64,000 nt of DNA. Origin: Patellaria atrata CBS 101060 (taxonomy: Eukaryota). The notes beneath the pieces are model-generated. The model was given only the letters and a program-made list of their open reading frames with translations, had not been told where the DNA came from and made no database searches. The position numbers and the translations under genes were made by a program. The stretch is from the NCBI GenBank assembly GCA_010093705.1, contig MU006094.1:1215550-1279549 (forward strand), given 5' to 3'. Positions 48,661 to 60,858 of this stretch are shown here, piece by piece (position 1 is the stretch's first letter; every line of letters begins with the position of its first letter).

Positions 48661-51064
48661 TCAATGGTGCGCGTCGCTTCCACACATACCAATCGGCTCC
48701 GCTACAGTTCCTTGAAGAATTCTGATAGGAGTAGATGCTATGACGTGAAGATACTTTGAAGTATCTCCAAACTCGTCAACTCCGTACCTAAGGCGCTTGG
48801 TGGTGCGTGAGTTGCGCAGGCCCACATCCTCTTTGCCGTTCAAGCGGCCAATGGCGTGAATTACGAACTGGATTCCTCGCAATTCGATGAGAATGTAGAC
48901 GCAGCCGTTGATGACTGGCTTGTCATCAGCATCCAAGCTCGAAACTCCAAAATTTCCAAGTGAGTTGTCAAAGGGAAGAGGAATTCTGTGAATTGGAAGT
49001 TGAACCTAGCCGTCAGCGGTGACTTCTTTGTGATTGAGACCCTTTGTAGGCTCTATGCCAGAAAGATCTTTGTCTGACTTCAGAATCGTGAGGTCCATTT
49101 CCCATTTTCCGTCAGGTGGCTGGGGGATGTAGTACGGTATAGACGATATAACGTCCGGAACCCGCGTGCCCTTTTCCGCGATGACTAACACGTGTTGAGG
49201 TTTGTCTGTTTCACCCACAGCAGCGTCAGGTAGGTCCTGAGGCAAGCCGTAATTGGATTGAAAATCCTGGATAGTACTTCGTATCTGTGGCTGTTGCTTG
49301 AGGCCATCCAGCACGTCCTCACCACTTGCCGCGATAGAATACATGCGTAGCACAAGCTTGAACACTTACCAGGGATTTTTTGGATTATGAAATACCGAAT
49401 ATGGTCCGGCTTTACCGTTGAATCTTGTTTGAAATGGCACGGATGACGCTCCTCCACCAGACGTAGCAATCCACTACAGAAATCAGCAAATGCGAACTCA
49501 ATGCTCATAATGACAGACCTTGAGGGCTGTTCCTGTACGCTTAGTCCATTCGTTAAACCAGCGGATGCTCCAGTTGATCACTCTATCGAAATGGTCGATC
49601 ACCTGCTCTTCAATATCGTCCGCTAAATTGGCTGGCAATGCATAGTTGTTGATCTCAAGCTTCCTTTGCTGGCCCGAGCCAAGTATTGGCTTGTATTTTG
49701 TCAGAAAAGTCGTCTGCATCCAAATCTCTAAGGTTGTTGTAGCTTGGTCCCCGAAAGTCTTCTTCAGCCACTCCGAGGTACCAAGGATGTCTTGAACAAT
49801 TCTGTTGAGATGGCCAAAGCCAACTAATTCTGTAGCGCTGGCGGCAGGCTGGTATCTTTCCGAGTATGCTGTGGTAATATTCTGTCTTGATTAGCAGAGG
49901 GTATAGCTCTCGAAATGTGCAACGTACTCCGGTTGCATCTCTAATATCCAAGACCCCTCCATACTCGGTGTCATTGAGATACACCCCAAGCGCTTTTCTT
50001 TGCTCCACAGACAACGACTTCAAACGGCCATTGATGGCCGCAGTAGGCTCGCTAATGATGTGGACATCAACCTTCCCTTCCCAGCCTGACACATTTTCAA
50101 TGATTGTTTGGTACTGGTAAGAAATGTTCTCTGGCCATTCTGCTGGAAGTCCGGTGTAAACGCGAAAGTACTGTATGTCTGGATTGGCCGTTTTCGACGC
50201 GTCAAAGATCGTACGGAAGAGCCATTCAATGAAGCTCCGATAGATAGCTTTATGCCCAATCTTCTTCTCCTTTTCCCGTTGTATTTTGGCGTGTTGGCTT
50301 GCCGGATTCATGGCGAGTTTCATATTGTCAAAAACAACCACTTCGCCTTCCTTTTCACACACAACGTCCGTATCTGGCCCAAACTCCAAGTCCCATTTTC
50401 CGTCTTCTCTTTTCCTAGCCGCAGCACGAGTCCGTATCTAGCTACTACGCGCCGCGGCCGCTACATTCCAGAAATCGATATCTTCGAGTTCGCCGAGGCC
50501 AAGCACCCGAGATGCTGTAGTGGTGTAGTTTCCAATGTCGGCCAGCACAATCCCAAGGTTCTGACTCTGTCCCTTAGCTGCGAACCTTGCTCTCGGGCGT
50601 GGGACGGCGAAGACTGTTGCGGGATTGGAGCCAATTTGCAATGAATCATGCGCAGCATCAATGCGTTCCGACTTTCTCACACTCTTCGCGCCTCCTGCTG
50701 CATCCTGGGAAGAGCTTAAGCTGTTGATGGCGAGGAATCCATGACCGCTAGCCTCATTCGCCTCGTTCGATGCCATGAGGTTACTCTCCTGTTTGTCGCT
50801 GGTCTTCTTGGCCTCGGAAGTGGCTTGCGTTTGCTGCTTCGCCAGCACCTCCACCTCTTCTCCAATTCGTAATTTGCGTGGTCTGCCTTTGGCATCCTTT
50901 AGCTTGTCCACAACGCCTTTACCGGCTTCCAGGCGAGTCGATCTGCCTCTCGGTCGCGTTGGCTTGGCCACACCTTGCGGCGCACGGCTCGAGTTGGCCT
51001 TCTTCGCAGCGTTTGGAGCCTTTCGGCCGGTCACACGCTTCCCTTCGACTCTTGTCTTGGCCAT
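48661..51064 (-). pseudogene. Hsp70/actin-like ATPase gene with histone-H3-tail-like N-terminus; two in-frame TAG stops
   Basis: LADIGNYTT (phosphate-1), GLPAEW, IISEPTAA, VLDIRDAT (phosphate-2), TSGGGASS (adenosine). Three introns. ORFs 50438..51064/49655..50389 and 49006..49365/48661..48936 are each joined through a single in-frame TAG. Confidence 0.75.
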
Positions 51065-51585
51065 CGTGACTGTAGCAGGTACGAAGAGAAGGGCTCAACT
51101 CAAAACGGCGGCGTTGGAAGATGGGATTTAGTTGCTTCGTCCAGGAAATTGGACACTTGTAATACGGGGTTTTGGAGCCACTTCTGTGCTGACGACAGAG
51201 AAAGCGATTGAAGCGGCAGAGGCGGACCACAGTGAGGTATAAGTATTGCGCCAGGCTGTGAAGTATGGAGGACGAGTTCCTGGAGATGATGAAGCCGAGA
51301 TTGTATCCAAGCCGCTGAAGTTGTTTCGAAAGCTGAGCAATACTCCTGCCCACAGCCTTCTGGACCATGCTTGATGGTACACGATCATCCAATTAATCGT
51401 GACACGTCGGCAAACAATGAGTAACAGTGTTTGAAGACTACTCATTCCTGTGCGAAGCTGCTGGCAAAGCCACTCGGCACAGCAGGAGGCGGTTTGACGC
51501 ATGAAATCCCACTCAGGGCTCTCCATCTCCGCCTGCGGTCGCTGCGTAATGTGGAGGCTTATCGGTCGGCTGCGAGGCTACAGTA

Positions 51586-52240
51586 TTGTCAGTACTTATT
51601 CAGCCCGAGTGTTCTGGAATAAAAGGTGGTCGTCTGAGATCCGCTCGAAGCACCAGCAAAATCTACGTCCCCTCCATGAACCGGCCGATCACTGACGCTG
51701 TTTCCGCATTTCGAATGCTTGCCGAACTATCCTCACCGGGAAGCATCCGAGAGGGAGAGGTTCGTACTCTTAACCGGGTTGTACTATCCACCACTGACAT
51801 GCGTAAGCTTGACTCACGTACTGCGAACCATGACGCCGCGATCGACATTGAGGGCGCTGAGAGTTTGATGTCGCTTCACCTGCAGCAGCGACAGGCCGCG
51901 ACATCCGTTCATGATACTGAAGCTGTTGATGATACTGAAGATCTGGAGAACGTGCAAGCGCAAAGATCGCTCAATCGAGGTAGTTGCAAGGTCCAATCTT
52001 TATCGAATTTACTGATCCGCAGTTAAGGCAAAAAGAGGAAACGGAATGATAGCAGCAGGAGCGGAGCCAAGAATGCTTTGCTGAGGCTGGAACGAGGAGC
52101 GGTACATGTCGAGGGAGTAATTCGCCAAACCATACGAAAGGCATCCCTGATGCTGAGCGAGGATATCAATGATTTTGCGCTCGCTGAAATCAACATCTAT
52201 ATGGGGACACTGTCCAGACTTGTCAGGGCACTTGTAGCGT
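51586..52240 (+). pseudogene. Remnant of a hypothetical gene
   Basis: ORF 51586..52026 continues past TAA as GKKRKR...GAVHVEGVIRQ...NIYMG; upstream part is decayed. Confidence 0.35.
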
Positions 52241-52313
52241 TGCAGAACACGGAATGAATTGAGTTATCTGAATACCTAGACGAACCATGACGTACAATCG
52301 TTGCCGACATGCA

Positions 52314-54215
52314 TTACTCTCCTTCAGCAAGCCTTTTCCTGGCCCTCTTCGATACGCCTCGGCCGGTAAGAGATGTATTGGGGGTGGTGTCTCTTGCGTC
52401 GTCCGTGCTGTGCCCTTGTGGTTGAGAATCGGGCTGACTCGATGCTGAAAGATGATGACGCTCGAGGTCTTGTGAAAGGCCAAAACTTTGGGAAAGTTGG
52501 GGAACGCTGAAATCCAGATCAGCCGGTATTTTATCGATAGCTGAACATAGCCGTTTGAAATGGCTCGGCATCCATATGTCGTAGACGTTCTTGGTGAACT
52601 TGTATGCCGTCCATTTCTCCTTGCCATCCAGGGCTGTGAAGCTGAACTCGTGTATTGGATGACGGTAGTACTTGGTGTCTTTCCCATCAATGACTGGGTA
52701 GTGTCCATAGATTCTCACTGATCTGTGATCATGCGAGATTGAGAAGGCGAGAATCTCCCGATGAAGCTCCATCTCACGGCCAACGAGTCGAAAGAGTTCG
52801 ACGGTAGCTCTTACAGCAAGTGTCATGCTGTGGGCATTCTGTCGATCCGCGATATCGAGCGCTGCAGCACCGCACTTTACCTCACAAGTAAGGAACGGGA
52901 AGTACATGTAGTACGTGGCCATGAAGTACGACTGATCACCGGAGATGAAGTTGCCAATGAATGGGGCAAGCTTGTCGAGCTGCTCTTTGCTGAATGCTTC
53001 CCGTTTGAATCCCACCGAGAAGTCCGGCTGTGGACGCGTCCCTGTCAAGGGAAATGAGTTATTCCAGCCTTCGTTGACACTCTCAGCTAAAATCTTGAGG
53101 GATTTAGCACCGCGTACAGCCAATACTTCCGCCGAAGGAACGATGAGCTGTGAAACATCGCGGATTATTCTTGCTTCATTCTTGTTCCGTATCATTTCGC
53201 AAGTGTCTTCGAACAGTTCATCGCAGAATAGTGAATCGTTGGGGATAGTTTGTCTTGCATCAAGCAAGTGGAGATAGCTTTTCTTGCTAGTCTGCGTGAT
53301 TCCTAAGGCAGGTTTGCCCATAAAACTCCCCTTTGTGGCGAGTAAAGTTTCGTAACGTGCATCTTGATAAGGTGCACTTTTGACCTCTCTTGGCTTTTGG
53401 TCGCTTGGTGTTGTAGAACTCGGCGCTATCGAAGTCGGCGCAGTCGCAGCTGGATCAACAGAGATCAATCCAGACTGCCTTCGGCGAAGGGAGGCGGAAG
53501 ACTTCTGCTTGCTAAGTAGATGGCTCATATTCTTATCGCTCTGTTCGGTGTATCCCTGGGGCCACTTGTGGTGCTTTGTCCAATAGAAAACCGGATCTTG
53601 TCCGTCCTCATCAACTTTGCTTGCTTCCTCTTCCTGACCAACTGAATTGCCAACGACAGATTGATGTCGTCGTGTCCGCTTTCGAGGAGCCTGAGCTGAG
53701 CCCAGCTGAATGGGATCTAAGGTGTCTATCCGTCGCTTCTTCCCTTCGGGTTGCAGGATAGGTTTCCGAGGTCGCTTGGCTCGTCTGACGTCGGTGGTTT
53801 GCTCGGCTTCGGTTTCTCGAGAACGCTTCCGCGTCGCCGCTTTCTGGATAGAGGATACGGTTGCTTGATTGCGATTGCCAGCTCGGAAGCGTAAGCTTCT
53901 TCGTGGCGAATTGCTCCTAACAGCTTGATCCTATGTATTGTTAGATCGCTTTGTAACAACCAATGCCATCACACACTTGCCTCCTGTTGCTTGTTGCCCG
54001 TCTGAGATGTAGACTCTTCTGGAGTCGCCGACGTCTTCACAATGTTGATGTTTCGACGGCGTGTAGGGCGTTTGCGATTCTCGAGATGCACTTCAAGGTG
54101 TTAGAACATGCTCCGTGTACCCAGACACCGATGCGCATATATGCATACCTTTCTCCTCTGAGGGTGGCATGGGCAGTCTCTCCTGGACGGTTAGAGGCTT
54201 CGAACGGACAGCCAT
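52314..54215 (-). CDS. DUF7924-like, PD-(D/E)XK-like fold protein
   Basis: PQPDFSVGF, YFPFLTCEVKCG, ADRQNAHS, FSISHD. Exons 54215-54149, 54090-53981 and 53930-52314 give an open frame; second intron is GC-AG. Confidence 0.8.
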
Positions 54216-55935
54216 TTCGTCTGGGTTGAGATATCGAGCGCTTATGTCTTGCCGCGGGATTTTGTCGCGGAGTTATCTAGCGCAAAAGTGAGATGTATGA
54301 CAGAACCCAACGACAACGCCAAGCCACTTGGATACCGCAACGCACGGGCCCTTACCCCTGCCACTTAGTTGCGGCACCTATCACCACATTTGCGCATGTG
54401 ACTTTTACTTCGTAACTAAGTGATAGTAACACGTTCACTACGCCAATGGAGAACCGCTGAAGCACAATCATTCTGATGATATCTGAACTTACGCCATCGA
54501 CTGGACAGGCTCCGTTCCTGAATGATCTATCTAAATGGGTCGACTTGCTTCTGGATCTCCACCACCATCTACGCAGAAATGCCTGCGGGAATGGCTAGAG
54601 AAGAGCAAGGAGAACGAAGCAGGCTTCAAGAAAGCACCTGGGATTACTACAGCTCAATCAGCACATTAGGCTGCCGTATGCCGTCCATGTCCCTTCTTTG
54701 GAATATCACACGCACTTTTGGAGGAGAACCAGTTCTACTAGTGGGGCATTGTACACCTGCTTCAGCATAGCATGCTCGCATGAATATACAGCTACCTAGT
54801 CATGGTCTCCAGGCAGTAACTGTGCCACGCGGATGCAGTCTTCAGTCTCATCAAGCGCCTGGATATGCTGGCACGGATGAGCAACCTGTTATAGATGAGC
54901 CATCATCATAGGGGTACCAGGAGTCTTGTATCCATTCAGCTTGCGCAGAAGACGCAGTTGTTCTACTATCAGGTCACGCTCTAAAGGTCTGCTAGCACTA
55001 GCTGCCTATACTATGCTTGTTAAGTATCATGCCCTGCTCACGTTGTATTTTAGGCAGCAGAAAGGGGCTTGACAGAACCACGTCCTAACGTTTTTTCTTC
55101 TAGTAAGCATGATTTGACCCTGTTCACACAGTACAATGCGACCCGCTAGTTTCTTACATAGCCCCGCTCAACTATGGCTAATATACCTTTAATGGAGGAT
55201 TTATTCTCCAATTAGATATCTGCAGCTCACCCCTGGATGTCACCAAGAGCTTGTGACTTCTTGAACGTGGCTTTGACGACGACAGACGTCCTGCAATATA
55301 TGGTTCCGACTCGCTCGGAAGGCGTATCGTCAAACAACTCGTTAGTCTTCCATCTCCCGTAGCTGTTCTAGAAGCTGAATTCTTGTATTCTGTTAGCTCA
55401 ATTGCTCCGAACATTGTCGAAATTTCGACAATCATGAATGGTATACTGCAGGATAGCTCCGATCCATTTACGCTCGTCCTCGAGTGGACCGAAGACCCGG
55501 ATAATCGAATCGCTTCATTCGACCCTTGCTCAACGTTCGCTCTAGGCAGCAATTTCTGCACCTGGCCAGATGATATGTACGCTCGAGAAAGAGACGACTC
55601 GTCGAGGTAGGATTCTGGTAGTGACGAGGCATAGGAACGGGTTAGGAAGGCGAGATCTATCCGCACGCGAAAGAGTCAACGTTTGTGATAAGATGTGGCT
55701 GTGGATAGATTCATAGTTTCGATGCTGAATGAGGTTCGCGCACGGAACGCATTCCTGTCAATCTGACGGAGGGCGATACTACGAAGTACTGTGGAGACGA
55801 TCGGATTTAGTAGACGTGAAAGCGATTTGAGCGGCCTAATGCGTCAAGATGGCTCGAAGGAAGTCGCCAACTCTATATGCAAGTAAACGATGAACAGGAG
55901 TCATCCATACCCAAATCAGGGCAATCTGTCCATTA

Positions 55936-58185
55936 CTAAATAATAATGACCATGGCAAGCGATAAGCCCACCGCTGCACTGACTGCTGCATGCTGGAAAG
56001 ACCTGATGATCTTCCGTGAATGAAACATGTACTCGCCCGCCACGTTTTGAACGTCGCCGTATGTGATTTTCTTGATGCCAATGCGTTGTAGACCGCCTTC
56101 CCCATCAACAGCGACAATGCCTACATCGCCGATTCGACCATTAGCTACCTTGTAGTGAGCTATACGGACCCAAATGGCCTCAGTCGGTAACGGATCTAGA
56201 GCCACATCCTGGTGCCAGGTATCCGGCTCACCGCTGTCAGGTATGGCTCGCTGGAATTGATCTCCTTCGTCGTCTTCGTTGCTGAGAATGGGCCTAAGCC
56301 ATTGGAGCTTCTGTCCCGGGAGCAGTCGCACACGCCACATGCCTCGTACAAGAAGTGCCAAGCTATGCGCAGGCCTGGCTTGCAAGCGGCTTTGAAGAGC
56401 CTCGGAGTCCATAGAAGGCGACAGAGGCTCACGATGACCTGGCCCGGCTAGCATTATAGCAGAGTGCTCAGGTTGGATCCGGTATTTCGTGATCTTGATT
56501 GTATCCTCGATGGGAGCAACAGCTGACATCCAAGACCAGGAAGGGGATTCATATTCTGTAGGTCGCTGTCCAATTGAAGCTACTTCCCAGCATAATTCTC
56601 GGACTATAAAAGGGAGCCACATTCCATGAGCATGCTGAGCATTTCCGGCGGCTGCGATGAAGTTCATCAAACCAGAAATCGCGATTGGTCGGTCCTTTTC
56701 ACGTGTCAAGTTACATTTTGTGTAGTAGGATCGGATACCGGACCACGATAACATGAGATTGGCGTTGTCACCAAGAGCCTTGTGCAAGGCCAGCTTGAAG
56801 TTTGCTGGTGCCGACGGATCGTCATCTGGGCGGGTTCGAATACCAAGAACATCGGATTCTGAAGCAGCGCAACATGAGCACTCCCAGAAGAGGCCCAGAC
56901 TGCCGAAGAATAGCGTTCGCCGCGCCATGATCCTCTCTTGGACTACCCACCCACGAGTCTGTAGCGGGGCTTGAGGTGAATCAGGTTCCGCAAGACCAAG
57001 ATTCAAGGTGTTTGTGATCTCGAATGAGGTTCCCGGTATGCGCAGTGGCCGATCATAGAGAGGATTTCGTTCGCTGAAGAGCCCTTCATGACTCCCCGAG
57101 GCATGGAGTGCCGCTAGCGTAAGCATTGATCCCCAGTAGATGCTACCCATTTTCGCTGCTTCGGTGGCCCAATCTGCGGCCGAGTCCTGGATGATGCATA
57201 GGCTGTCTATCCACAGGTAATGGTAACCCAAGGCTCTGGTGAAGATGATCGCGTCCCGGATTGTTCGGGGAAGGGAATCGAGGTCGATTTCCGCTTTCAT
57301 AGCCTCGAGGTTAGACATCTCAAGGCGAACTGCCTTTTGGCTACCCCAAACGTAACTGAGCGTAAGGTAGACAGGCATAGAGGGTAGATCCTGAACCTCT
57401 ACCACTCGCAGATTGCCTTTTGACGAGCCGATGTCAAGATGCAAAAGCCGGGCTGGCGATGCGGAAACAGCCACAGGCTTGACATTGCAACGTGCATCGT
57501 GCTTCGCAAGACAAGTCTGAAGCCACCACTGAGCCAAGTTCAAGGTAGCAGAATCATCTGTACACGGGCATAATGGGCTTTTGGGCACTTCGCCCAGAGA
57601 ATCGTGTCCTCCTAGCATTCCAGAAGACGTCTTTGCTCTGTCCGTTGGCACGACAAATATCATGTTCCAGACTGGTAAGCCTTCAACCTGCAATTCCAGG
57701 ACCGCATCCTGGGGACCTCCAAATTCAATGCGTTGATTTCCGACCATAGCAAAGTCAAAAGTGGAGCGCTTGATAGATATGGCATATCGAGTGTTTCGGT
57801 CAAGGTCGTAAATCCTGTCGAATACAATTACTGCGGACCCCGATCCGGTCTGGTCGTCGAAGATGGATAAGATGTTGCTCGCGCTCGCTCCTTGCAGCGG
57901 CAAGGCCGCGCCGAATATCAGCGAGCATAGGTGACAGCCCTTGGTGGTCGCAGAGAAGAGAGCGCCGAGTTCCTGCCAATGCTGAAGCTGTTGCTTGTTC
58001 GGTTCTGTTCCTTGGTTGAGGCATGTCTGTATGCTACTCATCAGGCTCTTGCAATATGTGCAAAGGGTGCCTTCAGTCCAAAGCACTGACATAGCATTTC
58101 CAGCATTGCCGTCTGTGTCTTGTGATAGTGCATTTTGCCGGGACCTGAAATGGTGCTTAAGCTTCGCGAATAAGCGGTTGCGCAT
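55936..58185 (-). CDS. HET-domain (heterokaryon incompatibility) protein
   Basis: PARLL, YLTLSYVWG, LPRTIRDAI, YLWIDSLCIIQD, MGSIY, RGWVVQER, PSWSW; 749-aa intact ORF. Confidence 0.92.
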   Translation of the reverse strand: MRNRLFAKLKHHFRSRQNALSQDTDGNAGNAMSVLWTEGTLCTYCKSLMSSIQTCLNQGTEPNKQQLQHWQELGALFSATTKGCHLCSLIFGAALPLQGASASNILSIFDDQTGSGSAVIVFDRIYDLDRNTRYAISIKRSTFDFAMVGNQRIEFGGPQDAVLELQVEGLPVWNMIFVVPTDRAKTSSGMLGGHDSLGEVPKSPLCPCTDDSATLNLAQWWLQTCLAKHDARCNVKPVAVSASPARLLHLDIGSSKGNLRVVEVQDLPSMPVYLTLSYVWGSQKAVRLEMSNLEAMKAEIDLDSLPRTIRDAIIFTRALGYHYLWIDSLCIIQDSAADWATEAAKMGSIYWGSMLTLAALHASGSHEGLFSERNPLYDRPLRIPGTSFEITNTLNLGLAEPDSPQAPLQTRGWVVQERIMARRTLFFGSLGLFWECSCCAASESDVLGIRTRPDDDPSAPANFKLALHKALGDNANLMLSWSGIRSYYTKCNLTREKDRPIAISGLMNFIAAAGNAQHAHGMWLPFIVRELCWEVASIGQRPTEYESPSWSWMSAVAPIEDTIKITKYRIQPEHSAIMLAGPGHREPLSPSMDSEALQSRLQARPAHSLALLVRGMWRVRLLPGQKLQWLRPILSNEDDEGDQFQRAIPDSGEPDTWHQDVALDPLPTEAIWVRIAHYKVANGRIGDVGIVAVDGEGGLQRIGIKKITYGDVQNVAGEYMFHSRKIIRSFQHAAVSAAVGLSLAMVIII

Positions 58186-58905
58186 GATGGGGAATGACTC
58201 GACTAGGAGGATGGGTGACTTCGAATATAGCAGGAAAGATAGAGTCTACAGCACTTAAAGTACTACGAAAAAGGAAGGGCTGAGATGCCGTGAATGCCAA
58301 GGCCGCCAACCGAACATGCATACTCCTCAGGTTGGACGAGCTGAGCAGCTGCGGTATGCCGGTTGGATCGAGGCCCACAACAACGAGGCTCGTAGCTCTA
58401 CCGTTAGCCAGCCTTGAAAAAGTAGCTCTGAAGCGCTGCATAGAGCAAAGTGGACTTGTGAAACCTACACATGGCAGTGTTGTGAAACCTGATCACCACA
58501 GCGCTTTGCCACATCAAGAAGACTGCCATAGCCGTCCTATTTGAGCGGCCATTGCGGTCCACATTCGGGCTTCGAGCAGCTTCATGGCTTGTGATTGATT
58601 GCCGTGTCATCGGGCGTCCGCAGGCGTCATTAATCGATGAGCAGATAGGAGACTTGTGAATGTGAGATTAAAGGTGTAATATACCTTATAGGGAGTCCAG
58701 GCGCTCCACTTCACCCGTGCCCCACACCCGCGGAGTGCGTCCTGCTGCCCAATGGACTGCATGTCCAGTCCCGAAGATTCTAAAGTGACTCCAAATGTTC
58801 AGCAAACATAGAATACCTCCCAGAATACAGCGCTAGCCTCCAATTGCACGCCAACATAGTGATGGTACACATCCCCAGGAGCCTTCTCAACATCGCGCGA
58901 CGAGC

Positions 58906-60184
58906 TCAGTAAATGCCGGAGCTAGGAATCGGACCCGCCTTCTTCATCTTCTCAAGCGGATCCTTCCCATCAAACGACGCCTCAATCCTCTCCTTCTTCG
59001 TCATCTTGGTGATATCGTAGTTTGAAGGGCCAATCTTGAAGCCTCCGATCCGCTGGCGCGCGAACTCATTCCACTGCGGAGACAATCATTACGGGCATGT
59101 ACTAGCGACAAGAGGGGCAAGTCTTACATGCTTGACGAAGTTGAACTTGTCCTTTGCGGCGGGCTTCTCAATCAGCTTGAGCTGCGCCTGCTTGAGATCT
59201 GCGACTTTGGAGAATCCCAATTCCGGTGTGAAGTCGTAAGGTCCGGTGATTTTGATGTTGAGCTTGTCGGCCAGCTTGTGGATCATGGCAGGGTACTGCT
59301 CAACGTCCTTTGTCCGAGCGCAGCTTAGGGAGTCTGCATGCCCAGTGAGAAACTCGGTGTAGATGGCGAGAATGACACCCACATTCGGTACAGCATCGAC
59401 GAGCTTCTCCTTCTCGAGAGGATTGAGCATGGCGAGGATAGCAAGGCAGATGATGCCAGCCGTCTCGCTGACGCCTTCGCCATCGTCTATGTCTGTCAGG
59501 GTTGGTTAACATGGCGCTGCTCGTCTATCAATTCGGATTGGCAGACTCACGAGCCCACACGCCGTTCAGCTCGTCCACGTGGTGTACGAACAACCAGGCA
59601 AAGGACTCAATGTAAGACCATAGCTTCCCAGTCGATGGGCTCGCCTTCTTGAACTCCGTTGCGAATGCCTTGAAGTGAATCTTGATCACTTCATCGATGC
59701 CATAGCCTGTTCAATGTCAGTCTTCAATGACCATGCGAATCGAACCATTGAACATACCATACGTATCATTGTAGAAATACATCCCCACGCGCTCCACATC
59801 ACGCTTCTACAACGCCACATCCATATCCACAAACATCTTGTGCGCCTCATTGCTCACGATCCAGATGCAGTCAGGCGCCTCCTCAGGCTTCTTCCTCCAG
59901 ACTTTCTCCTTAGCAGCATTGTGCTCCTTGTCAAGCTTCTCGAGCTCTTCTTCGGACATCTCCTCCATTCGCTCCTCATCGTACTCACGGTGGAGGTCCC
60001 ACACGGGGCGTCCCAAAGTCAGGAATTCCAGACCGATTGGGGACGCGCTAGAGCTGCCATTGGACTTGCTGTTGGTCTCTGAGCTAGGAGTATTCTCCCT
60101 GTCAGATGCATCCTTCGAATTTGATCGTGAAGCTGGCTTGCCCAATTGAGGGTCGCTCTTCTTCTTTGTGGTTCGCTGTGGCAT
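58906..60184 (-). pseudogene. Hypothetical protein gene (multi-exon) with a nonsense codon at 59807
   Basis: RPVWD...KKPEEAPDCIWIVS...*KRD...MYFYND, LWSYIES, DDGE, C-terminal YDITKMTKKER...FDGKDPL; paralog of 62384. Confidence 0.65.
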
Positions 60185-60858
60185 GTTGGATGGTGCACGG
60201 CCGAATTCTGCTTAGATTGAAGCTCAATGGGAAGGCTGAAAGCAATAGAATGATGCCAAAGTCCTCGATACAGGGAGCCGGCTTTATAGGACAAGAGAGC
60301 GCAATGACGTCGAAAATGTGATGTGATTGTTGTCTTCTCTTTTATAAGATCGGCGGACGCGTTTGACGTCGGCGGAGAAGGCTAGTAACGCCACACCCGA
60401 CGACGCGACATTGTCGTCAGGTCACGGGATCTGATTTTACGTCGGCTTTCAAGTGATGAGAAGGAAGAAAGTCTCTGGGAGCTCATGCGTAGGAGACAGT
60501 TGCGACTTTCGAAAGAGTTTAACTTTAATACTGATCAGACAACGTTATCAGCGCTGGTGACATCCGTTACTTCTATCAAATTTGAGACGTCAGACGCTAC
60601 GTCGCCGAGTAGAATACATCGCAGGCTGAAAGTTGACTACAGAAAGTCAACTTCAGCCGCTGTGAGATCCTCACCCTCTTTCTCTTCGTCCACGAGCTTC
60701 TTTCGCGCAAGAACCTGGCAGGTTCTGTCGACTCCATCTTGGCTTCTTGGTCGGTCCACAGAATCGATCGATACTTTCTGGAGGGGCGATTTTGAATACC
60801 GGTTTGCCCGAAGGGCAATAACAGCAGGTGTTTGAATTGTATCCCTCGATCGCGCCAA

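Noticed and set aside
51138..51180. GTCCAGGAAATTGGAC upstream of the H3-mimic ATPase as a cargo motif copy
   Set aside because: It lacks the CC-N6-GG spacing and GGNCC flanks; too weak to count.
55178..55666. 162-aa minus-strand ORF
   Set aside because: Possibly a gene remnant, but it has no ATG start or recognisable domain.
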